Shown here piece by piece: positions 1 through 10,731 of a DNA stretch of 27,011 bases. Each line of letters starts with the position of its first letter. The first letter of the stretch is position 1. The position numbers were made by a program, and so were the translations under genes. The stretch is taken from positions 1 to 27,011 of the IMG/VR virus record IMGVR_UViG_3300033153_012589. The stretch is one strand, 5' to 3'. This stretch comes from a virus (Duplodnaviria; Caudoviricetes). The notes under the pieces were generated by a model that was not told where the DNA came from, did no database searches, and worked only from the letters and a program-made list of their open reading frames with translations.

Positions 1-114
1 GGTAACAATTCTTCTCAAGGCCTGTTCTCTCTTTTGTGCAATTTGATTGGCATCCATATAATCAAGATCTCCCATTTCTTCTGCACCATAAGTTGCAATA
101 TCCTCATAACTATC
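1..114. repeat. Terminal direct repeat, copy 1 (circular-assembly overlap)
   Basis: 1-114 (ggtaacaatt...cataactatc) is identical to 26898-27011. Confidence 0.97.
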
Positions 115-255
115 AAGAAGAATTAAATTTTTTAAGATCTTAATTTTAGTATAACCATCAGCAACATTCCATGCCTCTGTTCCCAAAGAAATTGCAGCAT
201 CACTCTCTCCTTCTTTTATAAATCCTTTAACCCCTTTTTTTGATTTGGACATCAT
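1..255 (-). CDS. 5' part of a 188-aa hypothetical protein that spans the circular junction and continues to 26586
   Basis: ATG at 255 reads MMSKSKKGVKGFIKEGESDAAISLGTEAWNVADGYTKIKILKNLILLDSYEDIATYGAEE, in frame into MGDLDY at 75 (=26972). TATA-like TTTATAAA at 274-281. Confidence 0.88.
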   Translation of the reverse strand, partial: MMSKSKKGVKGFIKEGESDAAISLGTEAWNVADGYTKIKILKNLILLDSYEDIATYGAEEMGDLDYMDANQIAQKREQALRRIVT

Positions 256-273
256 AATTATTGTTTTTACATA

Positions 274-356
274 TTTATAAACTTTGTGTGAGATTTTAAC
301 TAAAATATTCCTCATAAAAACATTTATAAACATCTTATGTATTAGTTATGTATGGA
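274..356. promoter_or_regulatory. Divergent archaeal-type promoter region
   Basis: Minus-strand TTTATAAA (274-281) preceded by TCTCACACAAA (293-283). Plus-strand AAACATTTATAAA (318-330) followed by TATGTAT-tagt-TATGTAT. Confidence 0.65.
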
Positions 357-374
357 GGGATTTCATAAAAGAGG

Positions 375-3300
375 ATGGCTCAAAAACTATCTGCACAATT
401 AGATCAGAGGCAAACAAGAACTGAAATATTAAGAGAAAGATTTGCCAGACAAAAACAAGATAAAGATTTCCAGAGATTGCAACAAAAAGCACAGCAAACT
501 CAAGAAACTGAATTTTCAAACATTACTTCTGTTCAAGAATACTCTGAAAAATATCAATCATTAGATCCTGCAATTCAACCATTCTTCCAAACTCCTCAAG
601 AAGTGCAGCAACAAAAAACAGAAAGGATCTCTGAAACAAAATTAAGAGTTCAAGATCAAGGATCTTATGTGGATCAACAAAAACAAATTAGCAAAGAAAA
701 ATTAAATAAGAATTTGACAAGTGTTCAAAAAGATTGGGATTGGGCAAGACAGAAAAAATCAATTCATGGATCAGAATGGTATGATGATCAATCAAGGGAT
801 TTAAAAGAAAGAAAAAGAGAGGCAGAAAATGAATTTGAGGAAGAGCAAAAATATTGGGAAGGTTATAAAAAAGGATTATCAGAAGGGCAAGGGCAAATTA
901 ATCAAGGAAAAGATTTAAGTTATCAGGATATTGTTGATTATTCAAAAAATCTTGGAAATTTTGAAAGAGATAAAGCAAGAGCATCAAATCAACAGAGATC
1001 CTTTGAAAGAACAAGACAGCAGAAAATTGATGATCTTATTGAACAAGGTTATCAACCACAATTAATCCAACAATTTGATAAAGGAAAATTAGAAAAAACA
1101 ACTATTTCTTTTTACAATCCAGAAACTCAAAAGTATGCAAAAGTTAAACAAATTGAATTAAAAACAAAAGGAACTTATGGATTAGAGCCATCAACTCTTG
1201 GATCAACAAGAGTGAAACAAAGCATTGTTATCAGAGGCAAGACCTTTCAATTTGAAACAACTGAAAAATTATATAAAACTCCTTCTGGAAAATTAACAAC
1301 ACCTTTTGGAGATCTTGGAGTGACAGAAGAGAGTGTATTGAAAGAAAGAGATCAACGACAAAAACAATATGAAAAAGGACAATCAATAAAAGCAAAAAAA
1401 TATCTTCAAGATTTTGGAAAGGATTTTGGAGGCAATGAAGTTGAAAGAGGAATTTTGAGCAAAACTTATGATGCTTTGAAAACAATTTATGTTGCATCTC
1501 CATTTGGTGTTTGGAGTGGTGTTGAAAGAAAAGAAGATATTAAAAGAAAATATATTGAATTTGATCCATCTTTTTTAAAAATTGGAGGGATAAACATTTT
1601 AACAATGGGAGGAGAGGATGCTTATAAATTAGTCACAGCAGAAAGAGAAGAAAGGATCAAAGGAGAAGAACAAATCAAATTAATCAATCTTCTTGCAGAA
1701 AAAACAGAAGATGCACCAGAGGATCTTCAATATTTTGTGCAGCAAGAAGGAATGGATTTATTAAAAACAAAAGGGATCACTACAAAAGAAGAAGAGGGAA
1801 AAATTATATTTTTTAGTAAGGAATTAGAACAAAAAGTTTCATTTGCAGGATCTGAAATTGTAAAAGATCAACCTCTTCCTGTAAAAATTAGTAAGGGAGT
1901 TTTATTTGGAGGAATTAAAGCAGGAGAATTTTTTATTGGAGGGAAAGGAATTGGAAAAGTTGCAGGAACTCTTGTAAAACCAATCAAATATGTTTTCAAA
2001 GGATCAAAATTTGCAGGATCTTCAACACCTGCTGTTTTGTTAAGAGGCACTGTGAAAGGAGGAGTTGTCGTTGGAGTTGGTGGCCTTTATACAGTGGGCA
2101 AAGTCAAGCAATATGGTTATTATAAAGATCTTTATGGAGAGGCAGGGAAGGAAGTTTTTGCAGTTGAAACAGCAGGAGAACTTGTTGGAATTTCTGCATT
2201 AGTGAGAGGGAGTATTGTGCAAAGACGACAATCAATTAAACTTCAACAAAAACAAATAAAAATCAATTATGTTAAACAGCAAAGAGCAGCAGAATTAAAA
2301 AATATAAGAGATTTTGGCCAATACACAAGAAGAGCAAAATTAAGTTATAAACAAGTTGGAAAAGGAAAGCAAGTTTTAACAGACAGACAGATCAAATCAC
2401 TTGCAAAAGAATATTCAAAGATCACAGAAGTTTCAGATATTAAAAAAACAGTGAAGATGATCAAGGAACAAGGAATTTATAAACAAACTCTTGCAATAAA
2501 ATCCAATGTGCCTTCTTATGAAAGATTATTAAAATATATCAGAACAGGAAAAGCACCAAAGACAACAACTCAATATTATGAAACAGGAAGATATGGTTTA
2601 TTCGGAACAATGAAAACTCCAAAGGCCTCTGGAGAGATCGCAATTGATTTCACAGCAAGAGGATCAAGAGTGAGCAATGTTATTTTAAAATTAACAAGAT
2701 CAGAAGGAAAATTTGCAGTAACAAATGTTTTTGAAAAAACAAGATACTCTCCAAAATCACCATTAAAAGAATTAAGATTAAAACAAATAATATTAACAAA
2801 GATCACGAAAGTTCAACAAGCAAAAAAAGGAGAGGCGATCTTAAAAGCATTCAATCTTGAAAATAGATTATTAAAAACATTTCCTTATGGAAAAGAAAGA
2901 TTGACTTTCAAAGAGGCCTTTAAAATTGGTAAATTAAAATATTCTGAAAAAGATCTTTTAAATTATTGGAAAAAAGTCGGAAGAGTTGGAAAGATCTCTC
3001 AATTTGAAAACATCAGAGTTGAAACTCCAATCTATAAAGATATTTACAAAGATAAAACATTAAAAATATTAATGAAAGAAGAAGGTGCATTTTTATCTGG
3101 CCAAGCAGGAAGAGGCAAACCTTTTCTTCCAACAAAGAACATTGAAATTAAGAATATTTTAAAGAACTTGAAAACAAAAAAGATCCTTATAGAATTAGAA
3201 GGATCTCAATTTAAGGTGAAATCTGGATCACAAACAATTGCAGGATCTTCAACAAAAAATGTTGGAAAGGCAGTTGAACAGATTTTAAAATCAAAGTCAG

Positions 3301-3911
3301 AAACAAAATTAATAAAACAAACAGAGATTTCTAAAACAATCACTTCATTTGATAAGATTAGAGTTGTGGAAAAACTATCTGCAATTCCAAAAATATCAAC
3401 AAGACAAACCTCTGCACAACTTTCTGCACTTCTTTCTGGATCTGTTTTGAAACAAAAAGGCAGATCAAAATTAAAACAACAATTAAGACAAAAACAACAA
3501 TTAAAACAAGAAAGTCAATTGAAAGATATGTTGAAACAAGAATTAAGATTGAGGCAGGTCACACAACAAAAACAACAATTAAGACAAAAATCTATTTCAC
3601 AATTAACATCACAATTAATGGGATCTCCAATAAGAACTCCAACCATTGCAGAAATCAAAACACCAATATCACCAAAGATTGTGCTACCTCCATTTGCAAC
3701 AGGAAGAGGAAAATTGAAAAAATTGATTAAACAAAAGAGGCCAAGAAAGAAAAAACCAGATGCAATTTATTATCTTCCAGATTTCACATCAAGAGCAATT
3801 GGTTTTGATCCAATTGATATAAAATCTGTTGAACAAGCAATGAAATTGTTAAGGAAGAAACAGACAGGCCTTGAGATCAGGAGAGGAGTAAAATTGAGGT
3901 TGCCACAATGA
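375..3911 (+). CDS. Large 1178-aa protein, probably virion-associated; function unknown
   Basis: Long ORF with Q/E/K-rich coiled-coil-like N-terminus, Gly/hydrophobic middle and basic Q-rich C-terminus. First gene of the structural operon. Confidence 0.75.
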   Translation: MAQKLSAQLDQRQTRTEILRERFARQKQDKDFQRLQQKAQQTQETEFSNITSVQEYSEKYQSLDPAIQPFFQTPQEVQQQKTERISETKLRVQDQGSYVDQQKQISKEKLNKNLTSVQKDWDWARQKKSIHGSEWYDDQSRDLKERKREAENEFEEEQKYWEGYKKGLSEGQGQINQGKDLSYQDIVDYSKNLGNFERDKARASNQQRSFERTRQQKIDDLIEQGYQPQLIQQFDKGKLEKTTISFYNPETQKYAKVKQIELKTKGTYGLEPSTLGSTRVKQSIVIRGKTFQFETTEKLYKTPSGKLTTPFGDLGVTEESVLKERDQRQKQYEKGQSIKAKKYLQDFGKDFGGNEVERGILSKTYDALKTIYVASPFGVWSGVERKEDIKRKYIEFDPSFLKIGGINILTMGGEDAYKLVTAEREERIKGEEQIKLINLLAEKTEDAPEDLQYFVQQEGMDLLKTKGITTKEEEGKIIFFSKELEQKVSFAGSEIVKDQPLPVKISKGVLFGGIKAGEFFIGGKGIGKVAGTLVKPIKYVFKGSKFAGSSTPAVLLRGTVKGGVVVGVGGLYTVGKVKQYGYYKDLYGEAGKEVFAVETAGELVGISALVRGSIVQRRQSIKLQQKQIKINYVKQQRAAELKNIRDFGQYTRRAKLSYKQVGKGKQVLTDRQIKSLAKEYSKITEVSDIKKTVKMIKEQGIYKQTLAIKSNVPSYERLLKYIRTGKAPKTTTQYYETGRYGLFGTMKTPKASGEIAIDFTARGSRVSNVILKLTRSEGKFAVTNVFEKTRYSPKSPLKELRLKQIILTKITKVQQAKKGEAILKAFNLENRLLKTFPYGKERLTFKEAFKIGKLKYSEKDLLNYWKKVGRVGKISQFENIRVETPIYKDIYKDKTLKILMKEEGAFLSGQAGRGKPFLPTKNIEIKNILKNLKTKKILIELEGSQFKVKSGSQTIAGSSTKNVGKAVEQILKSKSETKLIKQTEISKTITSFDKIRVVEKLSAIPKISTRQTSAQLSALLSGSVLKQKGRSKLKQQLRQKQQLKQESQLKDMLKQELRLRQVTQQKQQLRQKSISQLTSQLMGSPIRTPTIAEIKTPISPKIVLPPFATGRGKLKKLIKQKRPRKKKPDAIYYLPDFTSRAIGFDPIDIKSVEQAMKLLRKKQTGLEIRRGVKLRLPQ

Positions 3912-4642
3912 ATGATAAAATTTCACCAAATGACAGATCAGAATTAATTGCAAAAGGATTTTCAGATCAAGAGATCAATAAGGCACTTCAAGAATTAGAC
4001 ACAGAGGAAATGCAGAAATCTTATGATCAAACTCAACAAAGCAAAACATTAGATCCAAGAAAAAACTCCCAACATTCTGCATTCACCACAAGGCAAGATC
4101 AAGACATTGTTAAATATCAATTAGAATTAAATGATATTCTTGAGAGAGCAGAACACATCTTGAGAGGTGATGTTCCAAAATTTAAGAGTGGCCACTTAAT
4201 ATGGGAGGAAACCAAAAATCCAGAGGATAACACTTTGAATGAAAAAGGCATCCAAGAACTTATGAAAAATCTTGCAATGTATATAAACAGAAACACAATT
4301 TTAGCAGATTATGGTGATGAAGAAATTAACCTTAAAGTTTATGATTTTGGAAAGGCCTTGAACAGATTAATTTTTATGAAGGCAGAAGAATTTGGGATCA
4401 ACACCGAAGAAAAAAGAAAGAATTATCCAATGTTAGTTTTACAAATAAAAGACATGGTGCATTCTGCTTATGCAAGAGCAAAGGATGGAGGAGAGAGAAG
4501 ATCCTTAAGAGAGATGATCCAAATCCAACAATCAACAAACACTCAAGGATTTCAGCAAGGAGGGATGCAAGGAGGAATGCCAATGCAAAGACCGAGAGGG
4601 GTTTTAAATCCAATGAGATATGTGATGGGGAGATACAAATGA
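3908..4642 (+). CDS. Hypothetical protein (244 aa)
   Basis: ATGA overlaps with both neighbours; globular composition. Confidence 0.85.
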   Translation: MNDKISPNDRSELIAKGFSDQEINKALQELDTEEMQKSYDQTQQSKTLDPRKNSQHSAFTTRQDQDIVKYQLELNDILERAEHILRGDVPKFKSGHLIWEETKNPEDNTLNEKGIQELMKNLAMYINRNTILADYGDEEINLKVYDFGKALNRLIFMKAEEFGINTEEKRKNYPMLVLQIKDMVHSAYARAKDGGERRSLREMIQIQQSTNTQGFQQGGMQGGMPMQRPRGVLNPMRYVMGRYK

Positions 4643-5445
4643 AAAGAACATTAATAATAATCGGCTTAACGATTATCTTATTATCTTTTATTTCAGCAGT
4701 TCCTCCATTCCAACAATCAGAGTGTCCAGAGGGATTGACAATTCAATATCCTCCAATGGATCTTCATGAAGAAGATCAATATTACATATTTAATTTTCAT
4801 GTTTTCAATTCAACAAATGGTCTTTCATTAACAAATAACACAGTTGATTGCACTTTTCATTTATATAATTCATCTGGGATTGAAATATTTGCAAACGATA
4901 ATCTTGCTTATACTCTTGATGGGGATTTTTATCAAGAAATATTGGGTGCAAATTTCTCTGTGAGTGATCCTTATTCTTATATTACTCAATGCAATTCATC
5001 ATCAGCAGGAGGATATGTAGCAGTTGGTTTTCAAGTCACACCAAATGGAGAAGAGGCAACTGTTGGAAAGGCAGTGTTTTATATTGGCCTATTATTTTTA
5101 TTGATTGTTTTCTTAACAATTGCAATTTATGGATTTATAAGTTCAGATCAGATATGGCAGAGAGCAGGAGGAATTGGATCAATCTATCTTCTTTTAATAG
5201 CCATCAGTTTTTTATCATGGAACATGGCAGCAGATTTCTTGACAAGTTCAGCATTCTTAATCACATTCTTGAGAATAATGTTTTTAGTTTTAATAATTGG
5301 ACTTTTCCCTTTCTTAATAATTTTATTTGCTTATGGAGTTTATATGGCAATCACAACAGAAGAAATTGAAAAGATGATGGAAAAAGGAGTGAGTTTTGAT
5401 GAGGCATCTTCAAGAGTTAAATCAAAGAGGAAAATCAAATGGTAA
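4639..5445 (+). CDS. Signal-peptide membrane glycoprotein with about 3 C-terminal TM helices
   Basis: MKRTLIIIGLTIILLSFISA signal; sequons NST, NNT, NSS, NFS; three hydrophobic segments. Confidence 0.82.
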   Translation: MKRTLIIIGLTIILLSFISAVPPFQQSECPEGLTIQYPPMDLHEEDQYYIFNFHVFNSTNGLSLTNNTVDCTFHLYNSSGIEIFANDNLAYTLDGDFYQEILGANFSVSDPYSYITQCNSSSAGGYVAVGFQVTPNGEEATVGKAVFYIGLLFLLIVFLTIAIYGFISSDQIWQRAGGIGSIYLLLIAISFLSWNMAADFLTSSAFLITFLRIMFLVLIIGLFPFLIILFAYGVYMAITTEEIEKMMEKGVSFDEASSRVKSKRKIKW

Positions 5446-5657
5446 AAGCAAGAGTGCCAATTCAATCATCACCTGCATTATTGAAGAGATTAAAGGACTT
5501 ACAAAATAAATTAATGAGAGAAGGCCATATAATAAGCATCAGAGATCTCACAGATGAGATTGCAATCTCTGGAACAATTGAAGAAATTGAAAACAAGTTG
5601 TTAAAAAACAAGATCAATGGAGATATAAAACTCAACTTTGACAGGAGAAAAAAATGA
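5439..5657 (+). CDS. Small protein, possibly ribbon-helix-helix DNA-binding
   Basis: Short strand (RVPIQS) followed by two predicted helices; overlaps both neighbours. Confidence 0.55.
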   Translation: MVKARVPIQSSPALLKRLKDLQNKLMREGHIISIRDLTDEIAISGTIEEIENKLLKNKINGDIKLNFDRRKK

Positions 5658-6208
5658 GAAGGTCATTATTAGAAAATAAACAAGGAGGTTTCACAGATCT
5701 TTTCCTTGTGATCATATTCGCATTTATCATTTTGGTTGTTTCTGGAGTGATGATTTATGTTGGAAATCTTGCAGAAGATGAACTCCATGAAAAGATGGAT
5801 GACATGGATATTGGAGGAGAAGATCAAAATGTTTCTCAAATAATTGACGACACAATGGGAAAAGTAAATCAATCTTATGCTCTTCTTTCATGGCTTACTG
5901 TAATGATAATCTTTGGGATGGTCTTTGGAGTTTTCTTTGGATCTTATAAAGTGCGAACACAACCAATTTATTTCATTCCTTATTTGCTACTGACTTTTAT
6001 TGCAATAATTGTTTCAGTTGGTGTTGCAAATTCTTATGAGGAAATGATTGCATTTGATCAATTAAGTTCATCCTTTGCAACATTAACAGGAGGAAATTAT
6101 TTTATGCTGCATCTTCCAATGTTCATTGGGATAATTGGAGTTGTTGGAGGGATTATTATGTTTATTTCATGGGCGACAAGGGAAGAAACAATTGGAGGTT
6201 ATGGATGA
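5654..6208 (+). CDS. Multi-TM membrane protein with class III (prepilin-like) leader
   Basis: MRRSLLENKQG|GFTDLFLVIIFAF followed by four hydrophobic segments. Confidence 0.78.
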   Translation: MRRSLLENKQGGFTDLFLVIIFAFIILVVSGVMIYVGNLAEDELHEKMDDMDIGGEDQNVSQIIDDTMGKVNQSYALLSWLTVMIIFGMVFGVFFGSYKVRTQPIYFIPYLLLTFIAIIVSVGVANSYEEMIAFDQLSSSFATLTGGNYFMLHLPMFIGIIGVVGGIIMFISWATREETIGGYG

Positions 6209-9200
6209 TGATGAAAAAAATATTGATGATGATGATGATTGGGATCTTTATGATCTCAATAGCAAGTGCCTTTGAATTTGATAATATAAAAACTTATGAT
6301 GAAAAAACAAAAATTGTTATTATTGAAAATGCTTTTGGACTTGGAGATACTGTTGCTGAAATTAAACTCATTTCTGATTTAGATAATAAAGTTGGATTAG
6401 GTTATCAAAAAGTTGCTGAATTTGATTTAATATATTACTTGGATGATAATGGAGGGATGGACTTGATGGAGTTTTATAATCTTAATGACAAAATGAAAGA
6501 AATTGATGTTGAAATTGAGTATAAAATTAAAGGAACTGAAGAATTTAGTGTTGATGATTATGAAAGAAAGATAACAGGAAAAACAATTAATGGAACAGAC
6601 ATCTATGAAAATATAAAAGTTGGAAGTCATATTGCAGAAAGAGTTATTTGGAATGATTTTAATGAAAAAGATATGATTAAAGGCGAAAATTATATTATTG
6701 GAATATTCACAAATACAAAAGAGGGAGATTATATTGAATGGATACCAACATATTATGGAGTTAAAATTAATGAATGGGCTTATTGGACAGCAGGGTTAGA
6801 TACAGATCTTGTTGCTTATTATAAATTGGATGGAGATGCTATGGAAGAAGTTAATGGATATGATGGAGTTAATCAAAGTGCAATTTATAATACAACTGCC
6901 TTAATTGGGGAAGCATTAACAGGAGGATATATAGAAATAGCAGACCAGAATGACTTTGATTTTTCAGATGAATTTTCTATTAGTATATGGGTTAGAACTC
7001 CCGATACTCCTGTAAGTGATGTTATAATTGCAAAACAAGAGGGGGATGTTACAGGGGCTAATCTTTGGTTTATTGATTATGGTGTTGCTGCTAATTTAGT
7101 TAGGTTTTACCAATATGATGCTTCAGGAGTAATTGTTAGTAGCACAGCAGATAATTTAAGTGATGGAACATATCATCATATTGTTATTACAAGAGATGGA
7201 AGCAGTGATTGGATTTTATATGTAGATAATGTTTCAAGAGATACAGGAAATCATGCACAAGATTATACAAGCACTGACCAAATAGAAATTAATGCTAAAA
7301 GTGATGGTGAAAATCCGGGTTATAATTATATAGATGAAATAGGAATATGGAAAGGAAGGGCATTAAGTGTTGATGAGATTAGTTTATTATTTGAAGCACC
7401 TCCTTATGGAGATTATGCACCTGTAGATAATCCTCCAACAGTAATCTTAAATCTTCCTGCAAATAATACAAATTCAACATCTCCAACAATCACTTTCAAT
7501 TGTAATGCTTATGATAATAGTGGAATAATAAATAATTCTTTATATATTAATGGAATTTTAAATGCAACAAATTCTTCTGGAATTAATAACACAAATTACA
7601 CATGGACAAGAACACTTGCAGATGGAAATTATAATTGGACTTGTGAGGCATTTGATGATTTAAACCAAAGCACAACAGCAGGTGAGTTTTTCTTTGCAAT
7701 TAATACAACACCTTTTATTGAATTTGTTGCACCAACTTATGCAAATGCAACAAATTTAACAACAAATTATATTCCTGCAAATATTAGTTTAACAGAAACT
7801 TACTTTGCAAATTTAACAATTTATTTATATAATTCAAGTGGATTATTTCAAAGTGTAACTTTTACAAATTCCACAAGATTTTATAATTTCACTTCTTGTC
7901 TTTGCGATAATTATTATTTAAATGCAACTATCTGGACAACAACAGGACAAAGCAATTCAACAGAAACAAGAGAATATATTATTGATAGAACTGCACCAAC
8001 AACAAATTTAATTTATCCAACTGCAACAAATTATTCAACACTTCAAACAGAATTAAATTATTCAATTAGTGATACTCATCTGGATGCTTGTTGGTATTCT
8101 ACAAATGCAACTATTAATATCACAGCAAACTGCACAGGAAACATGACAGGAGTTTTATCTGTTCAAGGATCAAACACATGGACAATTTATGCAAATGATA
8201 CTTTTGGGAATGAAAATGAAAGTTCAGTGACTTTTATTGTTGATAGTGTCAATCCATCAGTAGATTTAATTTATCCAACTGCAACAAATTATTCAACACT
8301 TCAAACAGAATTAAATTTTAGTGCAAGTGATACTCATCTGGATGCTTGTTGGTATTCTACAAATGCAACTGCGAATATTACAACATCTTGTTCAACAAAT
8401 ATAACAGGAGTTTTATCTGTTCAAGGATCAAACACATGGACAATTTATGCAAATGATACTTTTGGGAATGAAAATGAAAGTTCAGTGACTTTTATTGTTG
8501 ATAGTATTGATCCATCATTAAGTGCAGCAAATAATCTCACAGATTTAATCACAACCACTCTTCCAATAAGTAGTGTTTGGAATTATACTGTTGAAGATCC
8601 ACATATAGATAGTTGTTATTACAACACTTCTGACAATGCCACTTATACTATTGAAACTTGTAATTCTTCAATAACAACAAATTGGACAACATCAGGATTA
8701 AAGACAATTCAATTCTGTGCAAATGATACTTTTGGATTTGAAACTTGCAACACAACTTCAATTTATGTTTATCTTATCTCATATAATCAAAGTGACAATA
8801 AAGATCCAATTGGAGAAGGCGACACAGCAATATTTTATTTCAATTTAAGTGTGAGTGGATCAACTCCAACAATGTCTGCAAGTTTAAATTTTAATGGCAC
8901 AAGTTATTCTCCAGACAGCATCACCACAGGATCAACTTATCAATTTTCAAGATCATTGATCATGCAAAATGGATGGGGAAATTCAACAGGAAATATATTG
9001 GATTGGAATTGGACTTATAACATCACAGGAATTGCAACAGATCAAACAACATCAAAAGAAAACATCACTGTTTATGAAGTGGTCATTGATAATTGTTCTG
9101 TCTATGGAGAAGTAATTTTAAACATAAGTTTAAAGGATGAAGAGGCAAACACATTCATCACAAATGGATCAAATAGTTTAATTGAAATTGATCTTGATAT

Positions 9201-10275
9201 TACAAGTTTATCAGATAGCAGTATTTATTGGGAATATTCAAAAACATGGAGTGATGATATTGATGGGATTGTTCAAGTTTGTGTGCCTTCTGGATTATTA
9301 AACAATTCAGAATATCAAATTGATTTCACAATTGGATATAAAGTGGATAATTATGTGCAAGAGTTCTTTTTCCTTGATCAAGGAGAATTAAACAATTCAG
9401 ATGATTTTAATAGTTTAACAACAAAACAGATCACTCTTTATGATCTTAATGTATCAGACAGCACAACATTTTTATTCAAATTTTATGATGATGATCATCT
9501 TGAAGTGCCAAATGCAATTGTTCATGTTTTCAGGAAATATATTGGAGATGGAATTTTCAGAGAAGTTGAAAGAGGAAAAGAAGATGATAATGGTGAAACT
9601 CATGTGCATCTTGTTGAGGAGGATGTGATTTATTATTTTAAGATCTCTTTGGATGGTGTTGATTTATTCACAAGTTCAACTTACAATGCAAAATGTTTGG
9701 ACACTCCTTGCCAGATTGAATTGGAGGCCTCTGGAGAGTTTGAAGAATTTAATCTCACAGATTGGGATCTCATGGAAGATGGCACATATTCTGTGACAAA
9801 TGATCCTGCAACAAGAATTGTAAGTTTAACTTTTTCAAAAAATGATCCTGCATTCATGAATTTAACTGTTTATAAATATTCAAATGATCCAGACGAGATC
9901 TCATTAATTGGAACAGACAGTGCTTATGCAACAGGAGGAACATTGAGTGTGACAGTGCCACAAGTTGCAGGAAACACAACATTCTTTGCAGTTGTGCATT
10001 TGGATAATGAGCAGATCACAAGTGAATGGGTGCAATTTGAAGAGAGTGGATCAACATATTTCTCTGGAATTGGATTGAGCATGGCAGTATTAATGATTAT
10101 CTTATTTGTTTTGATGGGTGCAACAGAAGGAATTGGTGCAGTAATTCTTGGAGTATTTGGTTTTATTGTCACAGGATCATTAAAATTAATTAACCTTGAT
10201 TATTATGCTCTGGTTGGTTTGTGTTGTGCAGCAGCAATCATTGTGATTAAATTAGTTAAGAGGAGGAGAGGATGA
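6205..10275 (+). CDS. Large membrane-anchored adhesin/receptor-binding glycoprotein with a LamG (concanavalin-like) domain and Ig-like repeats
   Basis: Start moved to ATG 6205 (ATGA overlap; gives signal MMMKKILMMMMIGIFMISIASA). LamG motifs LVAYYKLDG, FSISIWV, YHHIVIT, LYVD, IDEIGIW..RALS..EI. Many N-x-S/T sequons; C-terminal TM helices. Confidence 0.85.
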   Translation: MMMKKILMMMMIGIFMISIASAFEFDNIKTYDEKTKIVIIENAFGLGDTVAEIKLISDLDNKVGLGYQKVAEFDLIYYLDDNGGMDLMEFYNLNDKMKEIDVEIEYKIKGTEEFSVDDYERKITGKTINGTDIYENIKVGSHIAERVIWNDFNEKDMIKGENYIIGIFTNTKEGDYIEWIPTYYGVKINEWAYWTAGLDTDLVAYYKLDGDAMEEVNGYDGVNQSAIYNTTALIGEALTGGYIEIADQNDFDFSDEFSISIWVRTPDTPVSDVIIAKQEGDVTGANLWFIDYGVAANLVRFYQYDASGVIVSSTADNLSDGTYHHIVITRDGSSDWILYVDNVSRDTGNHAQDYTSTDQIEINAKSDGENPGYNYIDEIGIWKGRALSVDEISLLFEAPPYGDYAPVDNPPTVILNLPANNTNSTSPTITFNCNAYDNSGIINNSLYINGILNATNSSGINNTNYTWTRTLADGNYNWTCEAFDDLNQSTTAGEFFFAINTTPFIEFVAPTYANATNLTTNYIPANISLTETYFANLTIYLYNSSGLFQSVTFTNSTRFYNFTSCLCDNYYLNATIWTTTGQSNSTETREYIIDRTAPTTNLIYPTATNYSTLQTELNYSISDTHLDACWYSTNATINITANCTGNMTGVLSVQGSNTWTIYANDTFGNENESSVTFIVDSVNPSVDLIYPTATNYSTLQTELNFSASDTHLDACWYSTNATANITTSCSTNITGVLSVQGSNTWTIYANDTFGNENESSVTFIVDSIDPSLSAANNLTDLITTTLPISSVWNYTVEDPHIDSCYYNTSDNATYTIETCNSSITTNWTTSGLKTIQFCANDTFGFETCNTTSIYVYLISYNQSDNKDPIGEGDTAIFYFNLSVSGSTPTMSASLNFNGTSYSPDSITTGSTYQFSRSLIMQNGWGNSTGNILDWNWTYNITGIATDQTTSKENITVYEVVIDNCSVYGEVILNISLKDEEANTFITNGSNSLIEIDLDITSLSDSSIYWEYSKTWSDDIDGIVQVCVPSGLLNNSEYQIDFTIGYKVDNYVQEFFFLDQGELNNSDDFNSLTTKQITLYDLNVSDSTTFLFKFYDDDHLEVPNAIVHVFRKYIGDGIFREVERGKEDDNGETHVHLVEEDVIYYFKISLDGVDLFTSSTYNAKCLDTPCQIELEASGEFEEFNLTDWDLMEDGTYSVTNDPATRIVSLTFSKNDPAFMNLTVYKYSNDPDEISLIGTDSAYATGGTLSVTVPQVAGNTTFFAVVHLDNEQITSEWVQFEESGSTYFSGIGLSMAVLMIILFVLMGATEGIGAVILGVFGFIVTGSLKLINLDYYALVGLCCAAAIIVIKLVKRRRG
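8006..8521 (+). repeat. Tandem 258-bp (86-aa) intragenic duplication of an Ig-like domain
   Basis: 8006-8263 and 8264-8521 are near-identical (LIYPTATNYSTLQTELN...SSVTFIVDS twice). Confidence 0.93.
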
Positions 10276-10727
10276 GATCTTTATTAAAAAACAAACGAGG
10301 AGGCACAGATGTTTTCAAAGGATATATTTTTGGATTTATTCTTTTAACATTGTTCAGTTTCTTGATAATAAGTTTCACTGTTGATTTTGCAGAAGATAAT
10401 GATAAAGAAACAACTGCATTTGAAGAAGGTGCATTTTCACTTGATCCTTATGAAGATGTTTTGGATAGTGTTGAAACAGATGCTGAAAACTTTAGAGAAA
10501 GATTTGAAAAAGGATCAATCTGGAGTATAGTTGCAGGAATTGTTGTTGAAGGGATCTTTGGGATCGGAGTTGATATGGTTAGTATGATCTTAACTCCATT
10601 CACACTTTTTGCTCAAATATTAATAAATGTGTTTCATGTGCCATTAATAGTCACAAGTGTTCTGCTTGGATTGATTATTCTTGGAATAATCTTTGGCTTG
10701 TGGGCATTACTTAAAAAAGGAGATTAA
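10272..10727 (+). CDS. Membrane protein with class III-like leader
   Basis: MRSLLKNKRG|GTDVFKGYIFGFILL; hydrophobic N- and C-terminal segments. Confidence 0.78.
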   Translation: MRSLLKNKRGGTDVFKGYIFGFILLTLFSFLIISFTVDFAEDNDKETTAFEEGAFSLDPYEDVLDSVETDAENFRERFEKGSIWSIVAGIVVEGIFGIGVDMVSMILTPFTLFAQILINVFHVPLIVTSVLLGLIILGIIFGLWALLKKGD

Positions 10728-10731
10728 AAAG

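Noticed and set aside
1-114. Biological terminal repeat or att site
   Set aside because: The repeat falls in the middle of a gene that reads through it, which is typical of an assembler overlap on a circular molecule.
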